63,068 nt of DNA, filler included, from Hausera hauseri (GCA_046269625.1; 11 parts of 11 records of this genome joined end to end with filler, not necessarily neighbours in it), one strand, 5' to 3'; counted from the whole stretch's first letter, positions 11,138 to 23,530 are shown. Notes: generated from the sequence alone by a model not told the origin. A program made the numbers and translations.

Positions 11138-13627
11138 ATGGGTTTGTCTTCGGGTAAACTGACTTTTGGAAATGCAGAGGGCATTTACCAGCGTGGAAAA
11201 ATTCTTCGCACCGTGAAACGTGGCCAGGTTGTCCAGTGCAGCAGAAACGGCACCGAGGAATGCGTTTTAAAATGTCTGGAGCCCAAGTTTCAACTCGAGG
11301 CCGAGCGAGAGGCAAGGATTTTAAATTCCCTCCGGTGTGTAGATCCGGACTATAGATTTTTTGTTAAATCTGTGGAGAATTTTAAAATGGACGAATCGTT
11401 TTGTCTGGCGTTTGAAAAACTGGATGTGACTTTGTTGGAGGCGATGAGCTTGCGAAAGTGGAAACCTCTAAATCTGTCTGAGATCCGTGAAATAGCTGAA
11501 CCCATGGTAACGGCGTTGATTTCCCTGAAAAACGCAGGAATCGTGCACGGGAACATTACGCCAAGAAATGTAATGATGGTAAACCGTAACGCTCGGCCTT
11601 TCCGTGTGCGATTAATAGACTTTAGCTCCGCGTGTAAAACCTCAGATCTGCCACTGTGTGTTTTACCAGAGATCTGTGGTTATACCGCGCCAGAGGTGAT
11701 TCTAGACGCACCTCTGGACTGTGGAATCGACATGTGGGGACTTGGCTGTACTCTGGCATTCTTACGTTTTGGAAAACATTTTTTCAACACGGAGTGCGAG
11801 TATAGTTATTTAAAATCAGTTGTGGAGCGGTCAGAGCAGATCGACGGTGACCACCTTTCGAAAGGCAAACGAGTCCAGCGGTTTTTCAAGCAGACGCAGG
11901 ACCATCAGAACAGGTTGTGGACGCTGAAATCCGTGAATGAATATGAATCATCTTCTGGAAGCTTTGAGAGAACTAAAGTTGGCTTAAGCCATGGAGACCT
12001 TGGTTGCAACGAGCCAGCTGTCAGCGATGAAGGTGGCGTCGAAGACTTCATAGATCTCTTGAAGAAAATGGTAGCTGTGAACCCCGCTACTAGGATTCTT
12101 CCAGAAGACGCTATGAAGCACAAGTTCTTCAGGTCTGAACTTAACTCTGATAACTCAGAAGAGAGTCTAAGATCTGACTCCAGTCTTTATTTCATGGCAG
12201 AGGAGGAATTTGCACGTTCTTCTGATTCCAGTCTATATTTCTCTGGAGAGGAGGAACTTGCACGTTCTTCTGATTCCAGTCTATATTTCTCTGGAGAGGA
12301 GGAACTTGCACGTTCTTCTGACTCCAGTCTATATTTCTCTGGAGAGGAGGAACTTGCACGTTCTTCTGACTCCAGTCTTTTTTTTTCTGGAGAGGAGGAA
12401 CTTGTGTCTTCAGGAGCTTTCATATCTGAAACAACTGATAGTGACGACACAGCATATTATTTTGGGGAAGGCTCTGTTATTCTAGATGGAACAGATGTTT
12501 ACCGCGTAGAAAAAATTCTTGGAAAGGGGACATTTGGTACCGTTGTTAAGTGCCAAAAAAATGGGACCAAGGAACGCGTAGCCATCAAAGTAATAAAACC
12601 AAAATATAGGGCTTGTGCGTGTCAAGAGGTTGAGAATTTACGGATGATAAATCAGCTGCAACCTGAAGACAATTGTATAGTGGAAGACTTCGCTTCTTTC
12701 ACTTACATGGGTCACTTCTGTGTAACGCTAGAGTTGATGGATTTAGACTTACTCCAGTTTTCAAGGCTAAGGGGGCCTCTGAGGGTAGCCGAGATCCGAC
12801 CCATTGCACATCAACTGCTTGTCACCCTGTGTTCACTAAATAAAATGGGATTAATACATTCTGATCTAAAACCCAACAATGTCATGCTGGTAAATCAGGA
12901 ATTAATGCCATTTAAAGTGAAGCTGATTGACTTTGGGTTAGCGCCTTTCATTGAGAAAGTCAAAAAGTGTAAGACCTATGGAGAAATGCAGAATGTCCGT
13001 TTCAGATCACCAGAGGTTTTTCTTGGACTTCAGTTGAATGAACAGATTGACGTATGGCCTCTTGCCTGTACGTTGGCCTTTCTGCTGTTGGGGAAGAGCT
13101 TGTTTCCACATTGCTGTGATTATCAGACTATGCAGGATATTGTGGACTTGTGTGGTATTCCTGAAGCTGCTTTACTAGAAAAAGGGTTTCGCACAGACCA
13201 TTACTTCACTCAGGAGAAGTGTGGGCCTGGATCAGTTTGGCGGCTCAGTACACCTGAAGAATACCATGAAAGAACCGGGAAACATGTTAGTAGAGACGGT
13301 AGATCGATGGATTTTACTTCACAAGTCCAAGCCATGAGATCATCTATGACTGGAGATGAGCTCGAAGATTTTGAACAGTTTTTGAATCTCCTTGAGCTCA
13401 TGTTGAAAGTAGATCCATCGAAAAGGATTCTTGCACGTGAAGCGTTGAATCATCCCTTCATTACGATGGCTCATCTGGCTAATTGCAAAGATAAGTCGTA
13501 CATGGACTTTAGTCGTGGCGTAATGGAGAGATGCCAACTCAGCAGCCCACCAACTTTATCTTCTGAACATGAAGGCAGAACTACCCCTCAACCGGGTCCC
13601 AGTTTTTATTACCCCAATTACCTCTGA
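11138..13627 (+). CDS. Intronless HIPK/DYRK-like protein with tandem pseudokinase and kinase domains (829 aa)
   Basis: Domain 1: CVLK, HGNITPRN, RVRLIDFS, YTAPEV. Domain 2: GKGTFG, VAIK, HSDLKPNNVMLV, PFKVKLIDFG, RSPEV, LNHPFITMAHL. Confidence 0.88.
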   Translation: MGLSSGKLTFGNAEGIYQRGKILRTVKRGQVVQCSRNGTEECVLKCLEPKFQLEAEREARILNSLRCVDPDYRFFVKSVENFKMDESFCLAFEKLDVTLLEAMSLRKWKPLNLSEIREIAEPMVTALISLKNAGIVHGNITPRNVMMVNRNARPFRVRLIDFSSACKTSDLPLCVLPEICGYTAPEVILDAPLDCGIDMWGLGCTLAFLRFGKHFFNTECEYSYLKSVVERSEQIDGDHLSKGKRVQRFFKQTQDHQNRLWTLKSVNEYESSSGSFERTKVGLSHGDLGCNEPAVSDEGGVEDFIDLLKKMVAVNPATRILPEDAMKHKFFRSELNSDNSEESLRSDSSLYFMAEEEFARSSDSSLYFSGEEELARSSDSSLYFSGEEELARSSDSSLYFSGEEELARSSDSSLFFSGEEELVSSGAFISETTDSDDTAYYFGEGSVILDGTDVYRVEKILGKGTFGTVVKCQKNGTKERVAIKVIKPKYRACACQEVENLRMINQLQPEDNCIVEDFASFTYMGHFCVTLELMDLDLLQFSRLRGPLRVAEIRPIAHQLLVTLCSLNKMGLIHSDLKPNNVMLVNQELMPFKVKLIDFGLAPFIEKVKKCKTYGEMQNVRFRSPEVFLGLQLNEQIDVWPLACTLAFLLLGKSLFPHCCDYQTMQDIVDLCGIPEAALLEKGFRTDHYFTQEKCGPGSVWRLSTPEEYHERTGKHVSRDGRSMDFTSQVQAMRSSMTGDELEDFEQFLNLLELMLKVDPSKRILAREALNHPFITMAHLANCKDKSYMDFSRGVMERCQLSSPPTLSSEHEGRTTPQPGPSFYYPNYL
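12173..12412 (+). repeat. In-frame 48-bp coding repeat x5 (SDSSLYFSGEEELARS)
   Basis: Units start at 12173, 12221, 12269, 12317, 12365. Confidence 0.95.
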
Positions 13628-13946
13628 CCGAAATGTTCAAAAGACAGAGTTGCCGCAGAATCGCACAGCAAGTCTCAGCATGGTTTCAGGTTCTACCGCT
13701 GATTCCTCGGTCAGTATGTCCCAGCCTCTGTCATAGTCAATAATACAGAATGCCAACAGCAGCAAACTGCAAGTTCAACTGAAAATCTCAATGAGAGGAA
13801 CCTTCAGGAAACACACGGGCCCCCCAGCTGTTCAGGATCAACCGAAAAGAAAGACCTTCAGGAGGGTTAGATAATTTGGTGCCAGAAATGTTAGTCTCCA
13901 TCATGTCCTGAGCTTGGTGTGATACAGCATTCTGTTTTTTATCTGC

Positions 13947-14388
13947 GTTTTTCTGCGTGCTCTGTGGGGTTTTCTCCGGGATGCTCCGTTTCCCCACAAA
14001 AAAAAAAAAAAATTGTAACAACTTTGTTCTCCAACATCTGAACCAGTTATTCTGTGTTTGTCTGTCCTGCAGGTGACACAGATGACCGTCCACCTCGATT
14101 CCACTCCTGGTTCTTGTAGAACATGCACGCTCAATAACCCAGGTAATAAAAATCTAACCAGGTTAAGTCAGATCCTCTGGAGGGATTCTTCTCTGTTGAA
14201 ATGTATCGTCTTTTTCCACAACTCTTCTTCAGTCCATGAAACAACATTCTTCACACAAACTACACACAGAGCGAAACGACGCACAAAACAATAAAAGCCG
14301 TACTGCACTTTGAACCTGCCATGTTTTTCTGCGAGCTCTGTGGGGTTTTCTCCGGGATGCTCCGTTTCCCCACAAAAAAAAAAAAATT
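13947..14388. repeat. ~65-bp direct duplication ending in poly(A) (13947-14013 and 14324-14388)
   Basis: tttttctgcg.gctctgtggggttttctccgggatgctccgtttccccac(a)n occurs twice. Confidence 0.85.
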
Positions 14389-14465
14389 AAAAATCCAACA
14401 CCTTGGAACTACTTAATAATTTAAAAAAATAAAAAAAAAATAAAAAAAATAAACCTCCTCCGTGA

Positions 14466-14715
14466 ATCGCCACCTTATCGTGGTGGAGGAGTTTGTGCGC
14501 CTGAATGATTCTAGGAACTACGCTGTCAGGGGGCCCCTGGTAGGATCTCCCAAGGCAGACTTGTCCTAGGTGACAGGCCAGACTAAGAGCGATTCAGAAG
14601 ACTATTATAGACTGTAAAAAAACAAATAGCTCAGTGTCCCTTGCCAGGACATGGGTTACCAGGGCCCCACCCTGAAGGAGGGGCTTGTCGGCAAGTGCCT
14701 GGTGACCAATGCCCC
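14466..14715 (+). mobile_element. Rex3/Expander (RTE LINE) 5' end
   Basis: cgccaccttatcgtggtggagg.gtttg...cccctggtagg...gtcctaggtga..ggccagactaagagc. Confidence 0.75.
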
Positions 14716-15097
14716 NNNNNNNNNNNNNNNNNNNNNNNNNNNNNNNNNNNNNNNNNNNNTTAATTAATTAANNNNNNNNNNNNNNNNNNNNNNNNNNNNN
14801 NNNNNNNNNNNNNNNACGGTAAAAAATCGTCTACCGATTCAAAGGATTCTACGTTGCTTAATTCAATTGTTGAAGCCGTTATCCGAGGTGATATGAATCA
14901 AATTGCTTATCAATCAAATTGGTCTTATCTCATCATAACACTGATTCCAAAGTCAAAAGTGCAGTAGATAAGCTTCTGTCGAATGTTGATGTTTCAACAG
15001 CAAATTCTAGTAATGCTTATGCTAACAGTCTTACATCGCAATCATTGGACGTGGAAAATGAAATTAGAACGGGCATAAACTCAGTAAGCAATATCCA

Positions 15098-15505
15098 ATG
15101 TATTCTGTCTCGTGCATACATGTGGAGGATCAGTGCCATCAAGAGATGGAGAGATTTTACACTTTTGGAACGGATACATATGTGTCGAACGTTTGTTATT
15201 TCTTTCCAAGGCCCTGCACGCCTACTTTTATGAGGTGCACAAGCATCATCTCGGACCGTTTTCTCGGTCTAAAAAGTTGATGGTTGAGCACTGTCCCATA
15301 TACCCACACTACTGCAATAATAAAGTTCACAACATTAATGGTTGTCATAGTGCAGTGGAGCAGTACTATAGCACCACAGTGCTACACAATAAACGGGCCT
15401 ATGTTAGTCCCGGTTGTTCAATAGTTGAAGCTCAAATCAACTATTAAAATTTTTATAATCTGCACAAGGAACACTTAAACCGATTTAAGCGATCGAAAAA
15501 ACAAC
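15098..15505 (+). pseudogene. Tandem Cys/His putative zinc-binding domain upstream of pPolB
   Basis: HVEDQCH..MERFY...FYEVHKHHL and CPIYPHYCNNKVHNINGCH...YVSPGC...FYNLHKEHL; homologous to 31990-32560 and 49148-49660. Confidence 0.75.
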
Positions 15506-15699
15506 TAGTTGTGGACTCAACTACAAGCAACATCCCCTCAACAACAACCAGTAGGAAACGTCAGGCCTCAACAAGTCTTGACAACTTCATCAGAAACAGT
15601 ATATAGGTGCAGCAGCAGCAGCAACAAGAGCAGCAGGAACAGCGTCAAAAACAACAAGAACAGAAGGACAATAATCCTATTACAGTCAAGTACGATTTG

Positions 15700-18600
15700 A
15701 ACAGATCGTACGTGGACATAAAAATGAACATATCGGCGAAAACAACAACGAAACTATGACATGTTCCGCAAAATGTGTGCAATCGGTTGGAATCCAAAGT
15801 GGAGAAATTCAAACATCACTACTGCAAAGTGCAATATTATGCACTTGCAGATTTTGAAAATTTGGAAGGTGAAATGAAACAATGGGTACCTACTACATCG
15901 AGCCAAAGCGCATTCCGACGATTTTATTGCCGATGTAGGCGAAAAGCTTGACGAAAAATTCGCCAACTACACTGAAAAGCGTAGTGGATGGTGAATTATA
16001 AAAATTGTAACTCTCGGCTTTATCATAACAAAGTCGAGTGATATAATTTACCTGTCCGGACGATCATTCATATCGACACCTACAGCTCTGAAGCACTCTT
16101 ATGCGGTAGTGAATGTAAAAAATACTGTCGACGAATACTGTTTTACTTACAGTATTCTGGCCGTGTTAAAATATGATCAAGCGGATAGACATAGTGCATG
16201 TCGTCCAAATCACTATCGGCAGTATTTTTCCGAATTGGAATTTGATGAATTTTGGATGCTGTTGAAATTGAAAACTATTCCGACTTTTGAGCGGCGTAAC
16301 GGGACACTGGCAATCAACGTGTTCCGGTACAACACAGTCGTAGAAATACCGGCAGACGACGATATTTACAAGAACCCTCATACGGACGTAATCTACAGAA
16401 GTCGGGATCCGAATGGACGACCAATAAATTTGTTGCTGTAGGAGAAAAAGGAAGGAAATTTCCATTACGCGGCCGTGACAAATTTGGACAGACTGTTGAA
16501 CATGGCACATGACCAGTTCATCGAAAAGCGTATACGTTGTAAATGGTGTCCTGTATGTCTGCATGGATTTAGGTCGGAAACAACATAGGAGAAACGTGTA
16601 ACTCTGTGCAGACAAAATTCATCCGGAACCACAATGTATGTCATACTCGTCAAAAAGGAACTGAGGCTCACTGATTGGTCAAAAACGGACAGTTCGGCAT
16701 ATTTAGTATATGCCGATATCAAAACTACCTTACCATGGCGCAACATATATAACCAAAAACATGTTTCAATCGCAGTCGGTATGTTGGTTGCCTCAATAAA
16801 GCTGCAGGTCAACCTCAATATTATGTTTTCCACGGATGGAGTTGTGTACGCGATTTCTTACAGCAGTTGCAAACCATAGTGGAAACTGAAATCGCACCTG
16901 GTACAGTAGAAATATCAATAAACCCTTTATGTGGACAGATGACGATGAACACCTGACGTTTGCAGTCATAGATGAATGCTACCTGCGCTACAAAACATTA
17001 CCGTTTGATGCACAGGAACGGCTTGTACCGGATCACGACAATTTCACAGGTCGATACTTGGGAGCAGTACGTAATTCATGCAATTTGGCAAGGCCTGTGC
17101 GGCCATTCTTACTGGTGGTATTTCATAACTTCAGGGGTTATGATTGTCACCATATTTTGAAATGTGCATTAAGCGTATTTTCGCACTGGGATCTCTCCAT
17201 AATTTCGATTGCGATGGAGAAATACCTGTCACTGTCTGCTCATATTAACCGGTTCCATGTACGCTTCCACGATTCATTGAAATTTCTCAATGAATCTCTG
17301 GAAAAGCTGGTTAATTCATTGCCATATGTGCCGCTAACATTGGCTCAGTTCCCCACTTATATTGCATGTAGCAAAGGCATATTCCCGTATGACTTTGCGA
17401 TATCGTACGAGCGGCTCCAGACGACAGACGAATTACCACCGCAATGACCCGGTATCACAAAAGAAGAATATCACAAAGCACAATCATTTTGGGCAGAGCT
17501 CGGCTGCAGAAACCTGTTGGAGTACATGCTTCAGTATCTGAAATTGGATGTGTACCTGTTAGCCTATGTGTTTTAAAAATTTCGAGATAAAGCTTTGGAA
17601 GAAGATAGTCTGGAGCCCCTCAACTTTTACTAAATATCCGGAATGAGTTGGGCATCAGCTCTGGTGTCACTGGATAGGGATATCGAGCTACTGTAAGACC
17701 TGGAAATGTAGCGAATGTTTGATGTTGGTATTCGTGACGGCATGACATTTGTCAACAATCACCATGTAATCAGTGATGATACGACATAACCATTATATAT
17801 CGCATTAATAACCTGTAAGGCTGGGCGCTTTTACAACCCTTGCCGTACGGTTCATTCAAATGGGTAGTTGAAAAACAGGACCTTGACACACGGCAGCAGA
17901 AAACAGCTCAATCGGATACCTGATGGAAGTCGATCTCGTGGTACCAGATGAGCTGCATGACTTTCTGGATGAACTGCCGGTCGCACCAGTTAGCCAATGT
18001 CCTCCGGGCTCTAAGTTGAAGAAGCTGCTTATGACTCATGAATTCAGGCAAAATTACATAGATGATTGGCGTCTGTTGCAATTTCACATGCAGTTGGGTG
18101 TACACGTGACACGGCTACATCGCGCAATCCAATTCGCACAGGCTCCGATATTCAAGCCGTATATTAGTCGTAATTCGAAAAAACGAGTTTCAGCTTGTAA
18201 GAAGTTTGAAAAAGATTATTACAAACTGAAAAACAACTCCCGCTACGGAAAAATAGTAGACAATCTGAAAAAGCGGCTCAATGTACGCCTATGCAATAGC
18301 GAAAAGCGGTTGGTCACGTAGACATGCAAGGCACAGTTCAGACGATCGGTGCACATTGCCGATAGATTCGTTTCCGTGCTTTTAAACAGGGAAGAAGTCG
18401 TTCTGGACCGGCCAAGTTACATCGGACAAGTCGTATTTGACCTGAGCAAGTTGCGAATGTATGAGCTACAGTATCGCGATATGGCACGTTATCTCAAAAT
18501 GTTCGGCGGCGGCGAATGCAGGATCAGTATAATTGCCTGCGACACAGAATGTTTTTTCTTGGAACTAAAAGGCGTCATTCGCGAACAACTACTGCGGAAA

Positions 18601-18965
18601 ATGATGGCAGACGGATTACTTGATAAGTCAAATTACCCACAAAATCATCCATTCTAAAGCCACGCCATCGCAAACAAAATCGGCTGCTTCAAGGATGAAA
18701 GTGAAGGTCGGCTTCAGTATCTGGAATGCGTATTTCTACGGCCAAAATGTTATAGCCTTTTAACTGACTGTAAACCGAAAATGCGCGCCAAAGGAGTTCA
18801 GTTGGCCCAGACGGAAATAAATCACGATGATTATCGCCATATCTATGAAGAAGAAGGAAGATCAAAGGATGTTTCGTCTTAAACGATCATCCGATCAATT
18901 GAGCATTAGCTGTATACGGTGACCAATACAAAAGTCGATTTATCATGCAATGGTGATAAGCAAAA
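15700..18965 (+). mobile_element. Degenerate protein-primed DNA polymerase B (Polinton/adintovirus type) with endonuclease-VII-like insert
   Basis: SGW; VNVKN..EYCF; DHDNFTGRYLG; FHNFRGYD; KGIFPYD; YLKLDV; KLKNNSRYGK; CDTEC (decayed DTDS); GCFKDE; LRPKCY; many stops and frameshifts. Confidence 0.9.
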
Positions 18966-19380
18966 GTGGATGGTGTGGTGCCCACAGCGGCCCCGACTTC
19001 CCCACCTTAAGAATTTAATACCTCTGCAGGTGCGTCAATCAGAACTTCTTGCAGCATTTCAATACTAATGTGATCTCAACCGAATAACACTTTGTTATGC
19101 AGCAGACCGTCAAAACGATGTATGATTCGTTTCTTTGTACCAATTCCTATCTACCCAACGCATCATCGATTAAATCAGACATTATTCAGACGGACAAATT
19201 TTAAGCACACCTCCGACAACTTCAAAACTCCTCACCGATCAAAAGCAAAAACTAGTCCTTACATCTTCCGATGAACTGGCATCAACTCTCGTCATCGATC
19301 CTCGATCTAATGTGGCTCCTGTTCAGTCCCCGTTAGACGGTCTTTACAAAACTACTGTTTTATAATTGCATGATTTTGAA

Positions 19381-20135
19381 ATGACGGAATCTGTATGCGC
19401 AAGAAGATTATTGGAGGACAATTTCGATATAAGACCTTCTGGTTTGGAATTTTGCTTTGATCGGAAGTTATTTCTGCATGACGAATTTAGTGTTGATAAA
19501 TTTGTGATACGATAAAAGAAAGTAGTTTCTTTAGAACTGCTTAGAGATGATTTAATGAAATATTTTAATATACTAAAAAATTCTTTGGTTGAATTAATTA
19601 CCAAGATTATGCTGATTTTGTTAATCATTCTATAAACCTTGTTGGATTAGACAAAGTTATTGAAACTATTCAGACACCAATTGAAAAACTGAAAATATAT
19701 GTTGAAAATATTCGAAGTGAAATTATTGAAACACTGAAAGAAATTAATTCTCGGAAGGTGAAGTTAAAAAATTTTTTCGATCCAAGCGGTAACTGATGCA
19801 TTCTATTGGAAGTGTGTTTTGCGACTGGAGAGGTGGTTGAAAATTAATCCTGTTAATATTGATTGTTACGTTCATCTCCAAACTTTTGACGTATTGGAGC
19901 TGGAAGTTAATCCTCATGAAGATTTTGGTCAAAAGTTGGAAAGAATTGGAAACGAGTTTCCAAATTAGAGTATTTTACGAGAAGATGTCTTCAACACAGT
20001 TTAATAGAAATATACAAACCGAGAATTGTACTTGTTACATCAGAACTTCAAGGTCAGTTGGAGCGATATTTTGTGGATAATTAAAGAAGTTCAAATAAAA
20101 AAGCCGTTCAACAGGCACTTCGAACTTATTTAGGA
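19381..20135 (+). pseudogene. COG2: COG complex subunit 2 N-terminal fragment, disrupted
   Basis: FCFDRKLF..EFSVDKFV, LELLRDDL..Y...LKNSLVELI/QDYADFVNHSINLVGLDK, LERIGNEF, ALRTY; TAA at 19513 and frameshifts. Confidence 0.82.
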
Positions 20136-20170
20136 AAAAACAAATCAATATTTTATTACTAATAAGAGCG

Positions 20171-20440
20171 ATGGTAGAATTTCATAAATTCGTCTTTGGT
20201 GGCTTATTGTTCATTATGTATTTCACTGCAATTATGGCAATAACATGTTATACACAGGAAGGGGATATGAAATCCAAAGAATCTGACTGTGTATCGTGCA
20301 TAAAAAATGACTTTGTGAAGCCAGTGCTAAAGGTATGTGACAAAGTAAACACGTGTTCTGATTTTAAAGAAGCAATGAAGATATGTGATGAAGCTGCCAA
20401 AGGTAATGCAACGGCAAAGAAATTTTGTGATAGTAATTAA
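20171..20440 (+). CDS. Small secreted Cys-rich protein (89 aa)
   Basis: Signal-peptide-like N-terminus, ITCY..., eight Cys in the mature part. Confidence 0.5.
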   Translation: MVEFHKFVFGGLLFIMYFTAIMAITCYTQEGDMKSKESDCVSCIKNDFVKPVLKVCDKVNTCSDFKEAMKICDEAAKGNATAKKFCDSN

Positions 20441-21049
20441 AACTGTATACATATCAAGGCAGTTTTTGATATTCCGAGGCAGTAAAGTGTAAAGTGAATT
20501 TGAAGTATTCACCGTCTCTCTGAGTTCTTCCCCCCGGGCTGGAGACCGGGCGTCGGCCCATTAACGGNNNNNNNNNNNNNNNNNNNNNNNNNNNNNNNNN
20601 NNNNNNNNNNNTTAATTAATTAANNNNNNNNNNNNNNNNNNNNNNNNNNNNNNNNNNNNNNNNNNNNACAATATCCGAGTTGTAAAGGCTTGTTTTTCTG
20701 ACCGGGGAGATCATTGATTTGAGCTGCGATAATTTATTATTGGCCTTGCGACAAAAATGAAGAAATGGACTATTGTCAAAATATGTGGTAACCAATTCGT
20801 CGGGTGAGCTTTTATATGTTAAAGAATTGGTACATTCACTAATATATGTATAAAAGAAATATGGTATATTAATTGATTGAGAGTCATTTAATTGGGATTT
20901 AGTGTCGGAACCTATGAATAGGCGTAAACGTAAAGTTATTGATAGTGGTAAAAATGTGAACCGGAAGGACGATCTTAGGTAGGGATAGTGAAAATGGTAT
21001 CTGTTCATGATCAATGAGTAGCATTTTAAGTTCATGCGATGAGTCAAAT

Positions 21050-23185
21050 TTATAACAAAATGTGATATTGTTGTTTTAGTATGTGTGCGGTGTGTGTATG
21101 TATATCTCTGTCTTGAAAGAAAAGATAGATAAAGGAAAAGACATGTTTATTTTGTAGAGTATGAGAAGTGCAGAAGAAGGTATGTTCAGCTTCGGGGGTA
21201 TAGTGCGCCACCGGGGACCCAGTCGCAACCAAAATCGTTATTAGTAGGAGTTCCGTATACTCATCAGCAGTATATGTTTTAAGTGTAGCGGACAGATGTA
21301 AAGTTGTAGTGGATGGCATATACATCAACATATTTATTTTTCTGAACATTTTCATAATACTTTTATCTCGACTCAACAGATCTCGTTGTAAAAATGGTCG
21401 GGCGTACGTTACGTTGATATTACAAAATATTTGCTGCATCGGTAATGACCCTTCCATCAGACGACTTCTTCGGTTCCAGCAAGAACGCAGTTAATTATCG
21501 GTTCTGTAATTTGACGAATAAAATTTATTTCGTCCGTAAACATTTTGATAGGAGACTTTATAATATACCTTACTTTTGAATCAAAATAAGTAATAAGGGA
21601 AGAAATAAGTAAAGTAAAAATGAATCTACCGTAGAGACATGATAGTATACTCCATAAAATAGACCCAAAGCACGACGTCCAATCGAGAGCTCTTTCCGAA
21701 ACTGACATCTGAACTTGAAATAGGGAAACAGATTCGCTCAAATTAGCCAGTATTGTCGATGATAGTTTGAGTCGTTTCTCATTGTTAACAGATTGTTTTC
21801 TAATTGGTTCCAATTCGATTTGTGTTAAAATATCGGCATTGCGCTTTTCCAGTAATTGCATAATTTCCATTGTCATGAAATAATATACATATTTCGAACG
21901 TGTATAAAAAATACAGGACAAAACAGCATAATCATATTTACGAAACGCACGGAAACCTTTACCAAATAGTACACGGAAGCATAGAGATGTGCAATAAATA
22001 CAGCATAAGGTGTAATTATAAAATAATATACGGTATTTGCGTATTCGACATGCATTTGTGTATAATCATACTGAATAAACACGATAACTAAGAGGATACT
22101 TAACAAGAAAGAACAGCACAAAAAACGGTTTGTAACAGTGCATCTAAATAAACATAATAAAAAGACTGTAACTGCAAACATGAAGTAAGAATAAACCGTG
22201 AGGCGTTGCCACAATACTACAAAAGCGAGACAATAGAATTTAAAAATATTAAAACTTTTAAGCCATTTGTATGAGCTATACATGTCAAATTTGGTTTTGG
22301 AGATAAATTCAATGTCACTATCGATCTGTAATCTAACGTTACGTTTTGTCATAAAAAACTGTCATTTTTATCAAAAATCGGTGTGTAAGTTAGCAAATCG
22401 ATATAGATTTTTGGCTTTTTATCTTTTTCATCCAAGTAATAAATATTTCGTTCATTTTCGATCTTTTGATTATCTATTATTTCGATTGTGGTACTTAGAT
22501 GATCTTCGTTACCCATTGGATGTGTGTTTAATATTTCTGGTGAGCAAATGAGATCTGACGATTCCAATGATGAAAGATCATATTGGATTGAAATGAGATT
22601 GTTTTGAAGATCATCTTCATTCATCGCACTTTCTTGATTATATATTTTTGAAGTATTTGGAGGGCTACGTTTGCTCCTCTCAGGTTCATCATCAAATTTT
22701 TTATTTTCTGAATTATCCGTAATAATTTTGTTTTTATCTAAATTAATATCTACATGTTCTTTGTGAGTTATATAACACTCGTCTGACTTCAAATTATTCT
22801 TAGCCGGTTGCATCTTATCAGGTAAAGAATCGGATGGGAAATTTTGTACGTTTCCATTATTTAACGATAAAAGAAGTGGTCCATCGTTTCCATCATCGCA
22901 AGACTTACATTTAGACAATTTTACGTCTTTGTTGAACCATACGTTGTGTCTTTTGATCACATTTTCACATTCATCAATAATTCCATCTTCTGCAGAAGGA
23001 TAATTTTCTGTTATGATATTAGGATTACTGGAAATCGACTGATTGCTACAAGGATTTTCGTCCTTTATTTCTTTCTTACCAAAAAACATCATTTTGTGAA
23101 GAAAATGTTTGAAAGGTTGAATTGGTATATTCCATGACGTAGAGGAAGATATGCTTTTTCTTTTTCTTTTCTTTTCTGACACCAT
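21050..23185 (-). CDS. Chain of four abutting intronless ORFs (23185-22349, 22352-21873, 21876-21457, 21457-21050), unknown products, two hydrophobic
   Basis: Long ORFs in AT-rich DNA; KKRKRK near first N-terminus; several TM-like segments; ATGA, ATGA and TGATG junctions. Confidence 0.5.
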
Positions 23186-23264
23186 TGTTAATTCGTTATT
23201 ACAGAATGAAGAAACAATAAATAAAGTCAAATAACGCAAATAACGTTTTATTAAAATTCAATAT

Positions 23265-23530
23265 TCAATTAATACACAATTCTGATTTGTTTTTCTTGTA
23301 AAATAATACTTCAATTTGTTCGCTATTGATCATATCCAATGTTAATTTGAGCCGTTCTTTCATTTCGCTGGAAGTTCCCTCGCCATGCATAAAGGTACAA
23401 ACTGCATGTTGGTGAAGGACTTCAGTTTTGCTGAAACCACTCATTTTACAAAATCCTTCACTTGAGTAAATAATTGGAAAATTATAGATACTGGAATTTG
23501 CCAAGAAGAAATTGGAGTTACGATCTTGAT
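23265..23530 (-). pseudogene. EAG-family (KCNH) K+ channel PAS-domain exon, isolated
   Basis: SNFFLANSSIYNFPIIYSSEGFCKMSGFSKTEV...CTFMHGE...EVLFYKKN. Confidence 0.8.
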
